A DNA stretch of 30,140 nt from a virus. Taxonomy: Duplodnaviria; Caudoviricetes. The stretch is from positions 1 through 30,140 of the IMG/VR virus record IMGVR_UViG_3300011335_000497; one strand, 5' to 3'. Shown here piece after piece: positions 17,222 to 24,828 of the stretch. Made by a program: the position numbers and the translations under genes. The notes beneath the pieces were generated by a model. The model had not been told where the DNA came from. It ran no database searches and saw only the letters and a list, made by a program, of their open reading frames with translations. The first letter of the stretch is position 1. Each line of letters begins with the position of its first letter.

Positions 17222-17715
17222 AAAAAAACCATTGCACCAACCACGGCATCCATTGTTATGTCTTTGAGTTGTTCGTGGTATTTGTCGCCTTGATATTCCT
17301 CAATTGCATATTTGCCAGAGCTGCCCTCTTTTATGATTGGACGATATAATACACCCATTGCAATGTGCATTGTTTCCCATTCGCTAATATTGTTGTTAAG
17401 GTCTAAAAATTCGCCCCAACTCATGCTGTTTAAATCCGTGTGAAACCCAAATTTTTTATTGTCAATGGTTACCTTTTGCACATAGTCGTTTTCCATACGA
17501 ATAACCTCGTCAATTTTATTCGAGATTAACCAAACGTCAGACATTTGTATTTTTAAAACGTCAGCCATAGGCACAGAACATAATACTGATATTTTGGTCT
17601 GTATTTTTAAATCTTCGCCAGCTTCGCTTTTGTCAATTTGCTCAACTTTATTGATGTATCTTTGGTATTGCCTTAGGGTAATATCTTTTAAACTGGTTGG
17701 AATAGTGATTTTCAT
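17065..17715 (-). CDS. Tail assembly chaperone (gpG-like)
   Basis: IP.SLKDITL.QYQ, GF..DL..MS.GEF.DL and MGVLYRP, followed by GAMVFF at the slippery site. Confidence 0.65.
   Translation of the reverse strand: MKITIPTSLKDITLRQYQRYINKVEQIDKSEAGEDLKIQTKISVLCSVPMADVLKIQMSDVWLISNKIDEVIRMENDYVQKVTIDNKKFGFHTDLNSMSWGEFLDLNNNISEWETMHIAMGVLYRPIIKEGSSGKYAIEEYQGDKYHEQLKDITMDAVVGAMVFFWNLGTDLLIAITKYLDDQQTTFPKQVNLLESGVGTQLSMNSLAGMLQSLKK
17220..17229 (-). other. -1 programmed ribosomal frameshift site
   Basis: GTT TTT TTT TGG contains T TTT TTT. A -1 slip continues as TTG GAA TTT AGG. Confidence 0.7.
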
Positions 17716-17729
17716 AGTTTTATTTTCTA

Positions 17730-17753
17730 TATAACGTGATTAATTTGCTTTTT
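17730..17753 (-). promoter_or_regulatory. Putative late promoter, copy 1
   Basis: AAAA-N13-CGTTATA, 14 nt before ATG 17715. Confidence 0.65.
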
Positions 17754-17773
17754 TATAGTATGGTAACATAAAT

Positions 17774-17798
17774 AAAAAAGAGTGCCTTTTACACCCTT
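17774..17798 (-). terminator. Intrinsic terminator after terL
   Basis: AAGGGTG-TAAAAGG-CACTCTT followed by TTTT. Confidence 0.65.
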
Positions 17799-17801
17799 AT
17801 T

Positions 17802-18980
17802 TTACCTTATAGCATATTTCCCATAATTTGGTCTGGATAACTTATTGTACAACACATAGCGTATTGCATCGATTGAGTGATTGAACATATTAACGGGTTT
17901 ATTTAGTACGTTTCCGTTCTTGTCCTCAACCCATTTGTAGTTTTTAAATTCCTTGATCATGTTGGTTGATTTCATGGTCACGTTTAAACGGTACCGTTTC
18001 ATCATATCAATACCGAGCAACACCTCTTTTTTGTTTGCCTTTTTAATGTTCCAACCCATGCGGTAGATTTCTTCAATTGATTTCGGTTCGCTATCATCCG
18101 CAAAGATTTCCGTTCTTCTATCAAATCCTAGCTGCGTGAATTCCTTTGCTATGTCTTGATTGGTTAGGTTGGTTTTGTATAGTAATTCATCTAGATACAA
18201 TTCATCACCTAGTAGGTAAACTGCAACGATTGTGGTTGGGTCATTCGTGTACCCGAAATCGCATCCGTATGCTAACAACTTGGCCTCATCAGGAACTTGC
18301 TTCACTTCATTAATTCTAAATATCAATGATTGATTTGAACCTATTTGACCCAATCCGTATATCAACCAATAATTTAAGTCAATGTCTTTTAGGCGTTCAA
18401 TTTCGTTTACAGTTTCTTGTTCCAGGAATGGATTGTCAAGGTAGGTGGTGATGTAAAAATCTGAATCATCCCTTGGCTTTATTTTGTCGTATATGAAATG
18501 AAACTCATCAGAAGGGTTGTAGTCCAAAATAACCTTGCCGGTAGTTCTGAAAATAAGTTGTTGCCAATCTTCAAAGTAGATTTCATTGGCCTCGTTTACA
18601 TATAGCAAATCCCTTTTTCGGCCTCTTAACTTTTGGGGTTGGTCAAGTGATATAAATTCAATTAAGTTGCCGTTAAGCAAATATTCTGAATTGGATTTGT
18701 TGTGGTATTGCTCATCATACAAATCATAGTTTTTCAATATCTCGAAAAAATCACGCATACAACTTGCTCGAAGTGCTGGGTAAGTTTTTCGGCAAATCGT
18801 AATGGTATGCCCTACGTTATCCGATGTGTACTTGAAGATAATCCACATGAGTATGTTGTAGGTCTTTCCAGAACGCGTACCCCCTTGCTCAATCGTTATT
18901 CGCTTGTCGCTATTCGTCAGATGCTGAAATACTATGTTGGTCTGTATTTTCTTCTTTTCTGCCAATGATTTCGATTTCAA
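17802..18980 (-). CDS. terL: Terminase large subunit, PBSX type
   Basis: Walker A QGGTRSGKT, LRGRKRD, Walker B LYVNEA, DYNP, and nuclease GCDFG and NHSIDAIRY. Only TTG starts (18980 or 18965) precede Walker A. Confidence 0.95.
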   Translation of the reverse strand: MKSKSLAEKKKIQTNIVFQHLTNSDKRITIEQGGTRSGKTYNILMWIIFKYTSDNVGHTITICRKTYPALRASCMRDFFEILKNYDLYDEQYHNKSNSEYLLNGNLIEFISLDQPQKLRGRKRDLLYVNEANEIYFEDWQQLIFRTTGKVILDYNPSDEFHFIYDKIKPRDDSDFYITTYLDNPFLEQETVNEIERLKDIDLNYWLIYGLGQIGSNQSLIFRINEVKQVPDEAKLLAYGCDFGYTNDPTTIVAVYLLGDELYLDELLYKTNLTNQDIAKEFTQLGFDRRTEIFADDSEPKSIEEIYRMGWNIKKANKKEVLLGIDMMKRYRLNVTMKSTNMIKEFKNYKWVEDKNGNVLNKPVNMFNHSIDAIRYVLYNKLSRPNYGKYAIR

Positions 18981-19314
18981 ATTGTTTTAATTCATGCTTA
19001 TTGTCGCTTTCAACAAAAGTCATTGATAGCTTTTTAAGTTCTTCAGGCGTTGCAATCAATTTCATTAACGCCATCTGTAATGCTGGAGCGTTGCTAGTGT
19101 ACCATTTAGAACGCATTGATACTTTTAAAGTTACTCTATTTTGTTCTAGCAATTCTTTTAGCTCGTTGAGTTCGTTGGATTCGGGCGGGAAAAATTTATA
19201 AAAAGTAGTTTTATCGCAAGGCAAAAAAGCAACAATATCCTCCACAAAGAAAAGTTTATGTTTTACTATCATTTCCTTTGCTTGTTCAAATATCTTTTGT
19301 TTGTCGTATGCCAT
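18910..19314 (-). CDS. terS: Putative terminase small subunit (start revised to ATG 19314)
   Basis: HTH-like N-terminus and overlaps terL; TAATG coupling to the upstream gene. Confidence 0.6.
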   Translation of the reverse strand: MAYDKQKIFEQAKEMIVKHKLFFVEDIVAFLPCDKTTFYKFFPPESNELNELKELLEQNRVTLKVSMRSKWYTSNAPALQMALMKLIATPEELKKLSMTFVESDNKHELKQFEIEIIGRKEENTDQHSISASDE

Positions 19315-20498
19315 TATTTCCAATCGTTAGTTACATCAACTCCGTTACGTTTAATCGTTAAAGTAGGGTCTAATGTAATCATTCGCTTTACAATTACATC
19401 GCAGTATTTAGGGTCAAGTTCCATTCCGTAACATTTTCGCTTAAGTTGGTGGGATGCTACCATTGTACTTCCGCTTCCAAGAAATACATCTAACACAACG
19501 TCCCCTTGCTTTGATGAGTTTTCCAATGGTTTACAACACAAAGGGATTGGTTTCATTGTTGGGTGTTCTTCAGAACGGCTTGGTCTTTCTATGTCCCAAA
19601 CAGTTGTCTGCTTTCTATCTCCATACCATTGATGAGATGCCCCCTCTAACCATCCATAAATACAAGGTTCGTGTTTCCAATGATAGTCAGAACGCCCAAA
19701 TGTTGAATTATTTTTATTCCATACAATGTATGATTTAAATAAAAATCCTGCATTTAAGAATTGCTGAATAAAATTGTGTGTTTCCGTTGATGCGTGCCAT
19801 ACATAAATCGCCCCGCCTTTTTTCAGTGCCGTTGATATTGTAGTGTAGACATCATATAAAAACTTAGGAAAATCATCCAACTTGTCGTTTGCTATTTTTT
19901 CTCTTTTTTTGCTTCCACCTTCGTAGTCAATATTGTATAGTGGGTCTGTATGACACATATCAGCAAGTTCCCCATCCATCAACTTTGCAACCGCATCACT
20001 ATCCGTTGAATCACCACACAACAACCGATGCTCTCCAATCTCATACAAATCTCCTAAAACGGTTATAGGATTTTCGGGTGGTGTTGTATCAAAATCATCT
20101 TCGGTTGCTTCGAGCACTTCATCAACTTCAAATGATGGAACATCTAATCCCCAAGCATCTAACTGCTCAACCTCCCATTCATTTGCTAACATATCCCAAT
20201 CCCATTCGCCACCGCTTACGTTGTCCTTTATTAAGAACTCTCTTTGCTGCTCCTCTGTTAAATTGTCCGCCACTATGATAGGTATTTCTTTTAATCCTGC
20301 TTCTTTACAGGCCTTATAACGCATATTGCCACCAAGTATAATCATATCTTTATTGACTACAATAGGTCTAATATTAAGCATTTCAGGAAAGTCTTTAATA
20401 GACTGAACCAATTTCTTGAATTTGTCATCCTTGATTAACCTCGGGTTGTTTGGGTTGACTTTGATTTGTGTAATTTTTAATTGTATTGTTTGGCTCAT
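19314..20498 (-). CDS. ParB-N domain fused to N4/N6 DNA methyltransferase
   Basis: NP.NPR, RPIVV and LGGNMR in the ParB domain; HRLLCGDST, DPLY (variant motif IV), HPTMKP and DVFLGSGST (motif I). Confidence 0.9.
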   Translation of the reverse strand: MSQTIQLKITQIKVNPNNPRLIKDDKFKKLVQSIKDFPEMLNIRPIVVNKDMIILGGNMRYKACKEAGLKEIPIIVADNLTEEQQREFLIKDNVSGGEWDWDMLANEWEVEQLDAWGLDVPSFEVDEVLEATEDDFDTTPPENPITVLGDLYEIGEHRLLCGDSTDSDAVAKLMDGELADMCHTDPLYNIDYEGGSKKREKIANDKLDDFPKFLYDVYTTISTALKKGGAIYVWHASTETHNFIQQFLNAGFLFKSYIVWNKNNSTFGRSDYHWKHEPCIYGWLEGASHQWYGDRKQTTVWDIERPSRSEEHPTMKPIPLCCKPLENSSKQGDVVLDVFLGSGSTMVASHQLKRKCYGMELDPKYCDVIVKRMITLDPTLTIKRNGVDVTNDWK

Positions 20499-20707
20499 AA
20501 TTTTACAAATGCTTCGTTAATTTCATCTATGTATAATTGAATAACCGTTGGCGTACATTTGCAAGGATAGTTTACTTCGTGTTCAAATAACCTTGCGTGT
20601 ATTTCGCAAATCATTTTGTATTCATCATTTTCCAAATAATTCCTTGGTGTTTCTCTAAATTTATCCCAATAGATAAAATCATCGGTTAGCATTTTAATGT
20701 TTGGCAT
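20495..20707 (-). CDS. Hypothetical protein with CxC motif
   Basis: 70 aa ORF overlapping its neighbours; H..LF.H...YPCKC. Confidence 0.6.
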   Translation of the reverse strand: MPNIKMLTDDFIYWDKFRETPRNYLENDEYKMICEIHARLFEHEVNYPCKCTPTVIQLYIDEINEAFVKL

Positions 20708-20879
20708 TGGTTTCTTTTTTGTAGATTTCTAAAAGTTGCTCAATTGAGTTTTTTTCAACTACTTGCAGCTTCAAATTGTATACCCAAATTGCAAAATTTA
20801 TAGCGTGTTCATCTTTGGCTTTTTGCTCTAATTTTTCTTTTTGGTTATACTCATAATCCATATTGTCACTTGCTCTCAT
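20694..20879 (-). CDS. Hypothetical protein
   Basis: 61 aa ORF tightly packed in the operon. Confidence 0.55.
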   Translation of the reverse strand: MRASDNMDYEYNQKEKLEQKAKDEHAINFAIWVYNLKLQVVEKNSIEQLLEIYKKETNAKH

Positions 20880-21061
20880 TTTCTTTTAAAGGTTATATTG
20901 TTCAACATTTCTTGTCTGTCATCGCATTTGCAATTAGGGTAGATCCACTTTACAATTCTTTTAATGCCAGTTACCCGGAACAACCATTCAAGTTTATCAC
21001 CTAGCTTCAATTCATTTAGGTATTCATCGATTTCTTGTTTTCTTGTTTTCATATTGATCAA
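20876..21061 (-). CDS. Hypothetical protein with CxC motif
   Basis: LGD......TGIK.IV....CKCDDRQE.LN. Confidence 0.6.
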   Translation of the reverse strand: MINMKTRKQEIDEYLNELKLGDKLEWLFRVTGIKRIVKWIYPNCKCDDRQEMLNNITFKRK

Positions 21062-21606
21062 ATTTGCTCATCGTTAATTTGTCTTTTAATGTTGTTGAGT
21101 GTATTTCTCAAACTCCAATATGTAATGCCAATTTCTCGGCTTAAAACGCTTAGATTTACTTGCTGAACAATTACTTTTTCGTAAATGTATTTGTAATAAT
21201 TCAAAGTGACTAACCTTTTGGAATATTCAATTTGCTCTAATTTTTCAATTTCTGAATTTAATTTTATAATCCAGACTTCAACGGCTTTGATTTGAGTATT
21301 AAATACTTCTTCAGAGTAATCATTTTCTATTAGATATACGTTTGTGTCAATTTCAACTAATAACTGCTTATTTGCCTTTCTAATAGCGTCATAATACAAG
21401 TTCTTTAAAGTTACATATATAAAATAATAATTAACCTCATCTTCATTAAACATCAAATCGTTGTTATTCTTTTGGGAATAATGATGGATTTTGATATACA
21501 TTTCTTGAACAAAGTCCTCGGCAATATCTTGGGAGCAACCAAATGACCTTACATATTTTATCCAAGTGCTATGCTTTAAGAAAAGTATATCAAGTAGGTT
21601 TTTCAT
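21058..21606 (-). CDS. ECF-like sigma factor / late transcription activator
   Basis: Region-2 motif AEDFVQEMYIK...Y.Y..LKNLYYD and a C-terminal HTH LSREIGITYWSLRNTL. Confidence 0.75.
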   Translation of the reverse strand: MKNLLDILFLKHSTWIKYVRSFGCSQDIAEDFVQEMYIKIHHYSQKNNNDLMFNEDEVNYYFIYVTLKNLYYDAIRKANKQLLVEIDTNVYLIENDYSEEVFNTQIKAVEVWIIKLNSEIEKLEQIEYSKRLVTLNYYKYIYEKVIVQQVNLSVLSREIGITYWSLRNTLNNIKRQINDEQI

Positions 21607-21614
21607 TTAAAATA

Positions 21615-21622
21615 CAAAGTTA
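21615..21622 (-). promoter_or_regulatory. Host-type -7 element upstream of the sigma gene
   Basis: TAACTTTG 8 nt before ATG 21606. Confidence 0.55.
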
Positions 21623-21802
21623 ATTCATTTTTGATGGCAATATCAAAAATCCGTCGGTTTCGTATTGCTTTACGTATTTTGACAGGGTTTTTAGTGAAAT
21701 GTCCAAATCCATTGCAATTGATTTTAAGCCGTTGGCTTTATGAATTAAATAGTATTCAATAATCATGATTTTTTGATGTGCCGAAAATGATTTGTTTGCC
21801 AC
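21620..21802 (-). CDS. Small HTH protein
   Basis: LKSIAMDLDISLKTLSKYV; GTG start. Confidence 0.6.
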   Translation of the reverse strand: MANKSFSAHQKIMIIEYYLIHKANGLKSIAMDLDISLKTLSKYVKQYETDGFLILPSKMN

Positions 21803-21984
21803 TACTTTTTGATTTTACGCAATACGGTTGTTTTGCTGTCTATTATTACCCAATGGAAACCGTTTTTTAATTTAAAAGCCTCCGTTTCCTTTGCTTCTTC
21901 TAAAACGACATTTGCTTTTCGCTTCAATCGTTTTTCAGTTTCAAAAATAGTTTAGGTAATTGGTTCTGGTTGTTTTTTTGACAT
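21802..21984 (-). pseudogene. 61-codon frame interrupted by an in-frame TAA
   Basis: MSKKQPEPIT*TIFETEKRLKRKANVVLEEAKETEAFKLKNGFHWVIIDSKTTVLRKIKK*, with TAA at 21954..21952. Its TAG overlaps the next GTG start. Confidence 0.5.
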
Positions 21985-22030
21985 TTTATCTTAATTTAAA
22001 AATTTGTACTAATAATGAAGTTTTGTTTTC

Positions 22031-22100
22031 GGCAACTTCGCCAACCCCCGATACGTTAGCGGATATGGCAGTAGAACCGCAGAACTACCGCCAACCCATA
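22031..22100. repeat. GC-rich inverted-repeat element, attC-like remnant
   Basis: Minus strand GTTGGCGGT (22095..22087) ... TCCGCTAAC (22063..22055); CGCCAACCC occurs twice. Confidence 0.35.
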
Positions 22101-22107
22101 GCTAAAA

Positions 22108-22308
22108 TTAGAAACGTAAATTTATTTTTTCTCGTCTTCTGTAATTGTAAATTTCCTCAATCAAAGATTTGTATTGAGATATATTTGTGCAGTCTTGCAT
22201 AGTTGTAGGTTGTTGTTTTAGTTTAGCTATAAATTCTGTAAACTCAAAATTTTCATTTTTAAACATCGAAACTAAAGCAATAATAAAACTTCTTCTTAAA
22301 AAACCTTT
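22108..22308 (-). pseudogene. 3' fragment of a phage gene, 5' part missing
   Basis: KGFLRRSFIIALVSMFKNENFEFTEFIAKLKQQPTTMQDCTNISQYKSLIEEIYNYRRREKINLRF*. No start codon follows the upstream A-rich leader. An internal ATG at 22266 would give 52 aa. Confidence 0.5.
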
Positions 22309-22330
22309 TTTATTTGTTTTTTTAAGTTAG

Positions 22331-22429
22331 TAGTCAGGACAGGATTCGAACCTGTAATCAACTCTTTTTGCGCCAAGATAAAATCTCGGGGTTGTAATCA
22401 ACTGCGTCTACCAATTCCGCCACCTGACT
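22331..22429 (-). ncRNA. tRNA-like RNA (Leu-type body) without a canonical anticodon arm
   Basis: Acceptor AGTCAGG/CCTGACT, D arm GCGGAATTGGTAGACGC, T arm ACAGG-TTCGAAT-CCTGT; no encoded CCA. Confidence 0.75.
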
Positions 22430-22436
22430 ATTTTTA

Positions 22437-22520
22437 TTAATCTTTGTTCCAATGCCAGGTAATGAAAATCATAAAAAGAGCAATGCCTATTGGAACTCCC
22501 ATTAAAATACCTAATGCCAT
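22437..22520 (-). CDS. Small membrane peptide (27 aa)
   Basis: MALGILMGVPIGIALFMIFITWHWNKD*. Confidence 0.5.
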   Translation of the reverse strand: MALGILMGVPIGIALFMIFITWHWNKD

Positions 22521-22524
22521 AACC

Positions 22525-22758
22525 TTATTTGTTTTTAAACTGTTCAATTAAAGTTTCTTTGAGGTCAGTAACATAATTGTTTTTAGTTAACCACTCAAAG
22601 ACTTCTTCAATTGTTTTTTGTGTTTGTTGATTCTCCATTTCTAAAATGTAGTGGTAATTATTTATAAATTCCCTACCTTCTGCTGAGTGAATATTAAATA
22701 AATTAGGATATTCTTTTTCTAATTTTGAAAATAATTCTTGTACTGCTGTTAGTGCCAT
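22525..22758 (-). CDS. Hypothetical protein
   Basis: 77 aa ORF; TAVQEL start. Confidence 0.6.
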   Translation of the reverse strand: MALTAVQELFSKLEKEYPNLFNIHSAEGREFINNYHYILEMENQQTQKTIEEVFEWLTKNNYVTDLKETLIEQFKNK

Positions 22759-22762
22759 AATA

Positions 22763-22882
22763 TTATTTTATTTTTAGTGTTATTCCCCAAAAGATAAACC
22801 CAATCATTATTGACTTATCTCGAAATGACAAATCAAATCCAAAAACTATTCCGTTAAAATCCCGATCAAATGTTATTGCCAT
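22763..22882 (-). CDS. Small hydrophobic protein (39 aa)
   Basis: MAITFDRDFNGIVFGFDLSFRDKSIMIGFIFWGITLKIK* fills the gap. Confidence 0.5.
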   Translation of the reverse strand: MAITFDRDFNGIVFGFDLSFRDKSIMIGFIFWGITLKIK

Positions 22883-22884
22883 AA

Positions 22885-23106
22885 TTATATTTTTTTATCG
22901 ATGTGAATTAAGAAACTGATTTTTCTTGTTATTGTTGGGTACTTTTCTACAAGATATAAAGCCAATTTATCTTTTATAGCAATGTCAAGTTTACCAACAT
23001 TAAATTCTGCGTAAGTATGTATTTTATGACCTGAAAAAAGTTTAAGTCGTTGTAAATGCTTTGGCAATTCCGATAATTTAATGACTGACCTGGTTATTTT
23101 TCTCAT
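22885..23106 (-). CDS. Hypothetical basic protein
   Basis: 73 aa ORF, packed. Confidence 0.6.
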   Translation of the reverse strand: MRKITRSVIKLSELPKHLQRLKLFSGHKIHTYAEFNVGKLDIAIKDKLALYLVEKYPTITRKISFLIHIDKKI

Positions 23107-23108
23107 TT

Positions 23109-23321
23109 TTATTTTTTTAATTCAATTGTGATTGTTAAATTTCCCTCGTGTGCTTCTAAATTGTCAATCCCAAGCGTTGACATTGCTTTTTCTAACTTAA
23201 TGAAATACGGCGGCTGCTTACGCTTCAAAATTGATAAATTGGCCGGAGTGTAGTTTAAAACTTTTGACAATTCATTTTGCGTAAGGCGGGACTTGTAAAA
23301 TAGTTCTTTAAATAACCCCAT
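23109..23321 (-). CDS. Cro/XRE-like HTH protein
   Basis: LTQNELSKVLNYTPANLS. Confidence 0.65.
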   Translation of the reverse strand: MGLFKELFYKSRLTQNELSKVLNYTPANLSILKRKQPPYFIKLEKAMSTLGIDNLEAHEGNLTITIELKK

Positions 23322-23688
23322 TGAATAGCGTTTTAATGATTTTTTGGAATAAATTTAATTTCTTTACAGGTTGAGGCAATTCCGGTTCAATTGTTTCAAT
23401 TTTCTTTTCAATTAAATCTTCTTTTTTGTTCGAGGACAATTCTCTTGAGATTTGCAAAACTTGAAATGCTAATTCAGGCGAATATTTTTTTAATAAAAGA
23501 AAGTGCTGATTATGGGGCGTGCCTATATTTTCTATGATTCGAAGTTTAACCAAAGACGTAAAGAAATTTTTATTGATCCTGTACTCCCTTCGTAAATCTG
23601 TAAAACTAACCTTTGCGCCGTGTTCAATAGCGTGCAAAGTAATTTTCAATACTTGTTCGTACTTTTTTAAAGTTTCGCTTTTTTCCAT
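23308..23688 (-). CDS. Hypothetical protein (possible winged helix)
   Basis: 126 aa ORF, packed. Confidence 0.6.
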   Translation of the reverse strand: MEKSETLKKYEQVLKITLHAIEHGAKVSFTDLRREYRINKNFFTSLVKLRIIENIGTPHNQHFLLLKKYSPELAFQVLQISRELSSNKKEDLIEKKIETIEPELPQPVKKLNLFQKIIKTLFNGVI

Positions 23689-23708
23689 TTTTTTAAGTTT
23701 TTAAGTGA

Positions 23709-23966
23709 TTAAATAAATTTTTTAATTGTTATGCTTTTTACTTTGTTGTTGTTTATGCAATACAAAAATATTTCTTTTGTTGCGAAATTGTAAAACGGTC
23801 TAAAATCGTTTTCGTTAATTTTTACATTTTCAAAGAAAGTTCCGTCGTCTCTTTTATAAACTTCATTGCCAATGTTTAAAAACGTTCCTGTTATTCTTGA
23901 ATTTTTAGAAATTGAATTTACTTCGGTAATTGCTTTTAAAATTTCAATTGTTGTGTTTGCTTTCAT
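23709..23966 (-). CDS. Hypothetical protein (start revised to ATG 23966)
   Basis: AATTATG start 17 nt after a promoter element. Confidence 0.6.
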   Translation of the reverse strand: MKANTTIEILKAITEVNSISKNSRITGTFLNIGNEVYKRDDGTFFENVKINENDFRPFYNFATKEIFLYCINNNKVKSITIKKFI

Positions 23967-23983
23967 AATTTTTATTTTTTTGT

Positions 23984-23991
23984 CAAAGATA
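23984..23991 (-). promoter_or_regulatory. Host-type -7 element
   Basis: TATCTTTG in an AT-rich intergenic gap. Confidence 0.6.
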
Positions 23992-24044
23992 TAAATATAT
24001 TTCAATTACAATAACAAAAACAATAATATTTTTATTTATTTTTT

Positions 24045-24266
24045 TTACTTGCGTTCAAAGAACGGGTTTAAAACGTCGTGCCTACCTACATAAAATTCGT
24101 CGTTGTCGATATATTTTATTTTGTGATACCAAACGCCGTTTTGGACAAACGTTCCCGACAAATAACATTCGCGCTTATTTTTGTCTTTTTTTATTTCGCA
24201 GTTTTCGGGAACTTGTTTTGTTCCGTGCCAACGGAAACCAGCACGCAATTTACTTTGGTTTATCAT
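24045..24266 (-). CDS. Hypothetical protein
   Basis: 73 aa; ATGA overlap with ninG. Confidence 0.6.
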   Translation of the reverse strand: MINQSKLRAGFRWHGTKQVPENCEIKKDKNKRECYLSGTFVQNGVWYHKIKYIDNDEFYVGRHDVLNPFFERK

Positions 24267-24808
24267 TTCATTTCCTTTATTAAAATATCATATTTTAATT
24301 TTTTAGCGATTAATTCGGCTTTTGTATATTTATAATCCCTTTTGCTGTCCGAAATAGCGTCTAATTCGTTAACAAAGTCGTTTCCGTATCGTTTAATCAA
24401 TCCTTTTCGATATTCGAGTAAATTACCGCTTAAAAATTTATTACAATGGCTGTTGCATTGTTTGTGGCAATTGCGTTCGTCAAACATTAAACCGCTGTAC
24501 ATTCCTGCGCTGTAAAAATGACCACCCGCCCAATCTGTTGGGCTTGCATTTCCGCAACTTATGCAAGGCAAATCTTTATCCCGGTAGCGAATAAATCTTT
24601 GAAACGCTTTTTTTGCGTCGGCTTCATACTCTGACAAAGTTTTCAACTTTTCTTTTAAAACTTTCTTTTCCTGTTTGGCCTTATTGGCTTTCAATTTGTC
24701 GGCGTAAACCTTTGCGCATTGATAACTACAAACGCCCTGCAATTGTCTTGCGGGCGTGAATATAGTTTGGCAAATTTTGCACCTGCGGGGTTTGATTTTA
24801 ATTTCCAT
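24263..24808 (-). CDS. ninG: NinG/Rap-family recombination endonuclease
   Basis: CKIC...CS..CA, F.RFIR.RD...PCISCG, GHF, FDERNCHKQC..CN..LSGN...YR..L. Confidence 0.9.
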   Translation of the reverse strand: MEIKIKPRRCKICQTIFTPARQLQGVCSYQCAKVYADKLKANKAKQEKKVLKEKLKTLSEYEADAKKAFQRFIRYRDKDLPCISCGNASPTDWAGGHFYSAGMYSGLMFDERNCHKQCNSHCNKFLSGNLLEYRKGLIKRYGNDFVNELDAISDSKRDYKYTKAELIAKKLKYDILIKEMK

Positions 24809-24828
24809 TTAATTGTAGTTTAATTTTT

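Noticed and set aside
20315-20321. Fifth CGTTATA late promoter
   Set aside because: It lies inside the MTase coding sequence (MRYK) and lacks the upstream AAAA at the fixed spacing.
22098-22230. ATAGCTAAA/TTTAGCTAT as terminal inverted repeats of a MITE
   Set aside because: Only 9 AT-rich bp; one copy is within a protein-like frame and there is no target duplication.
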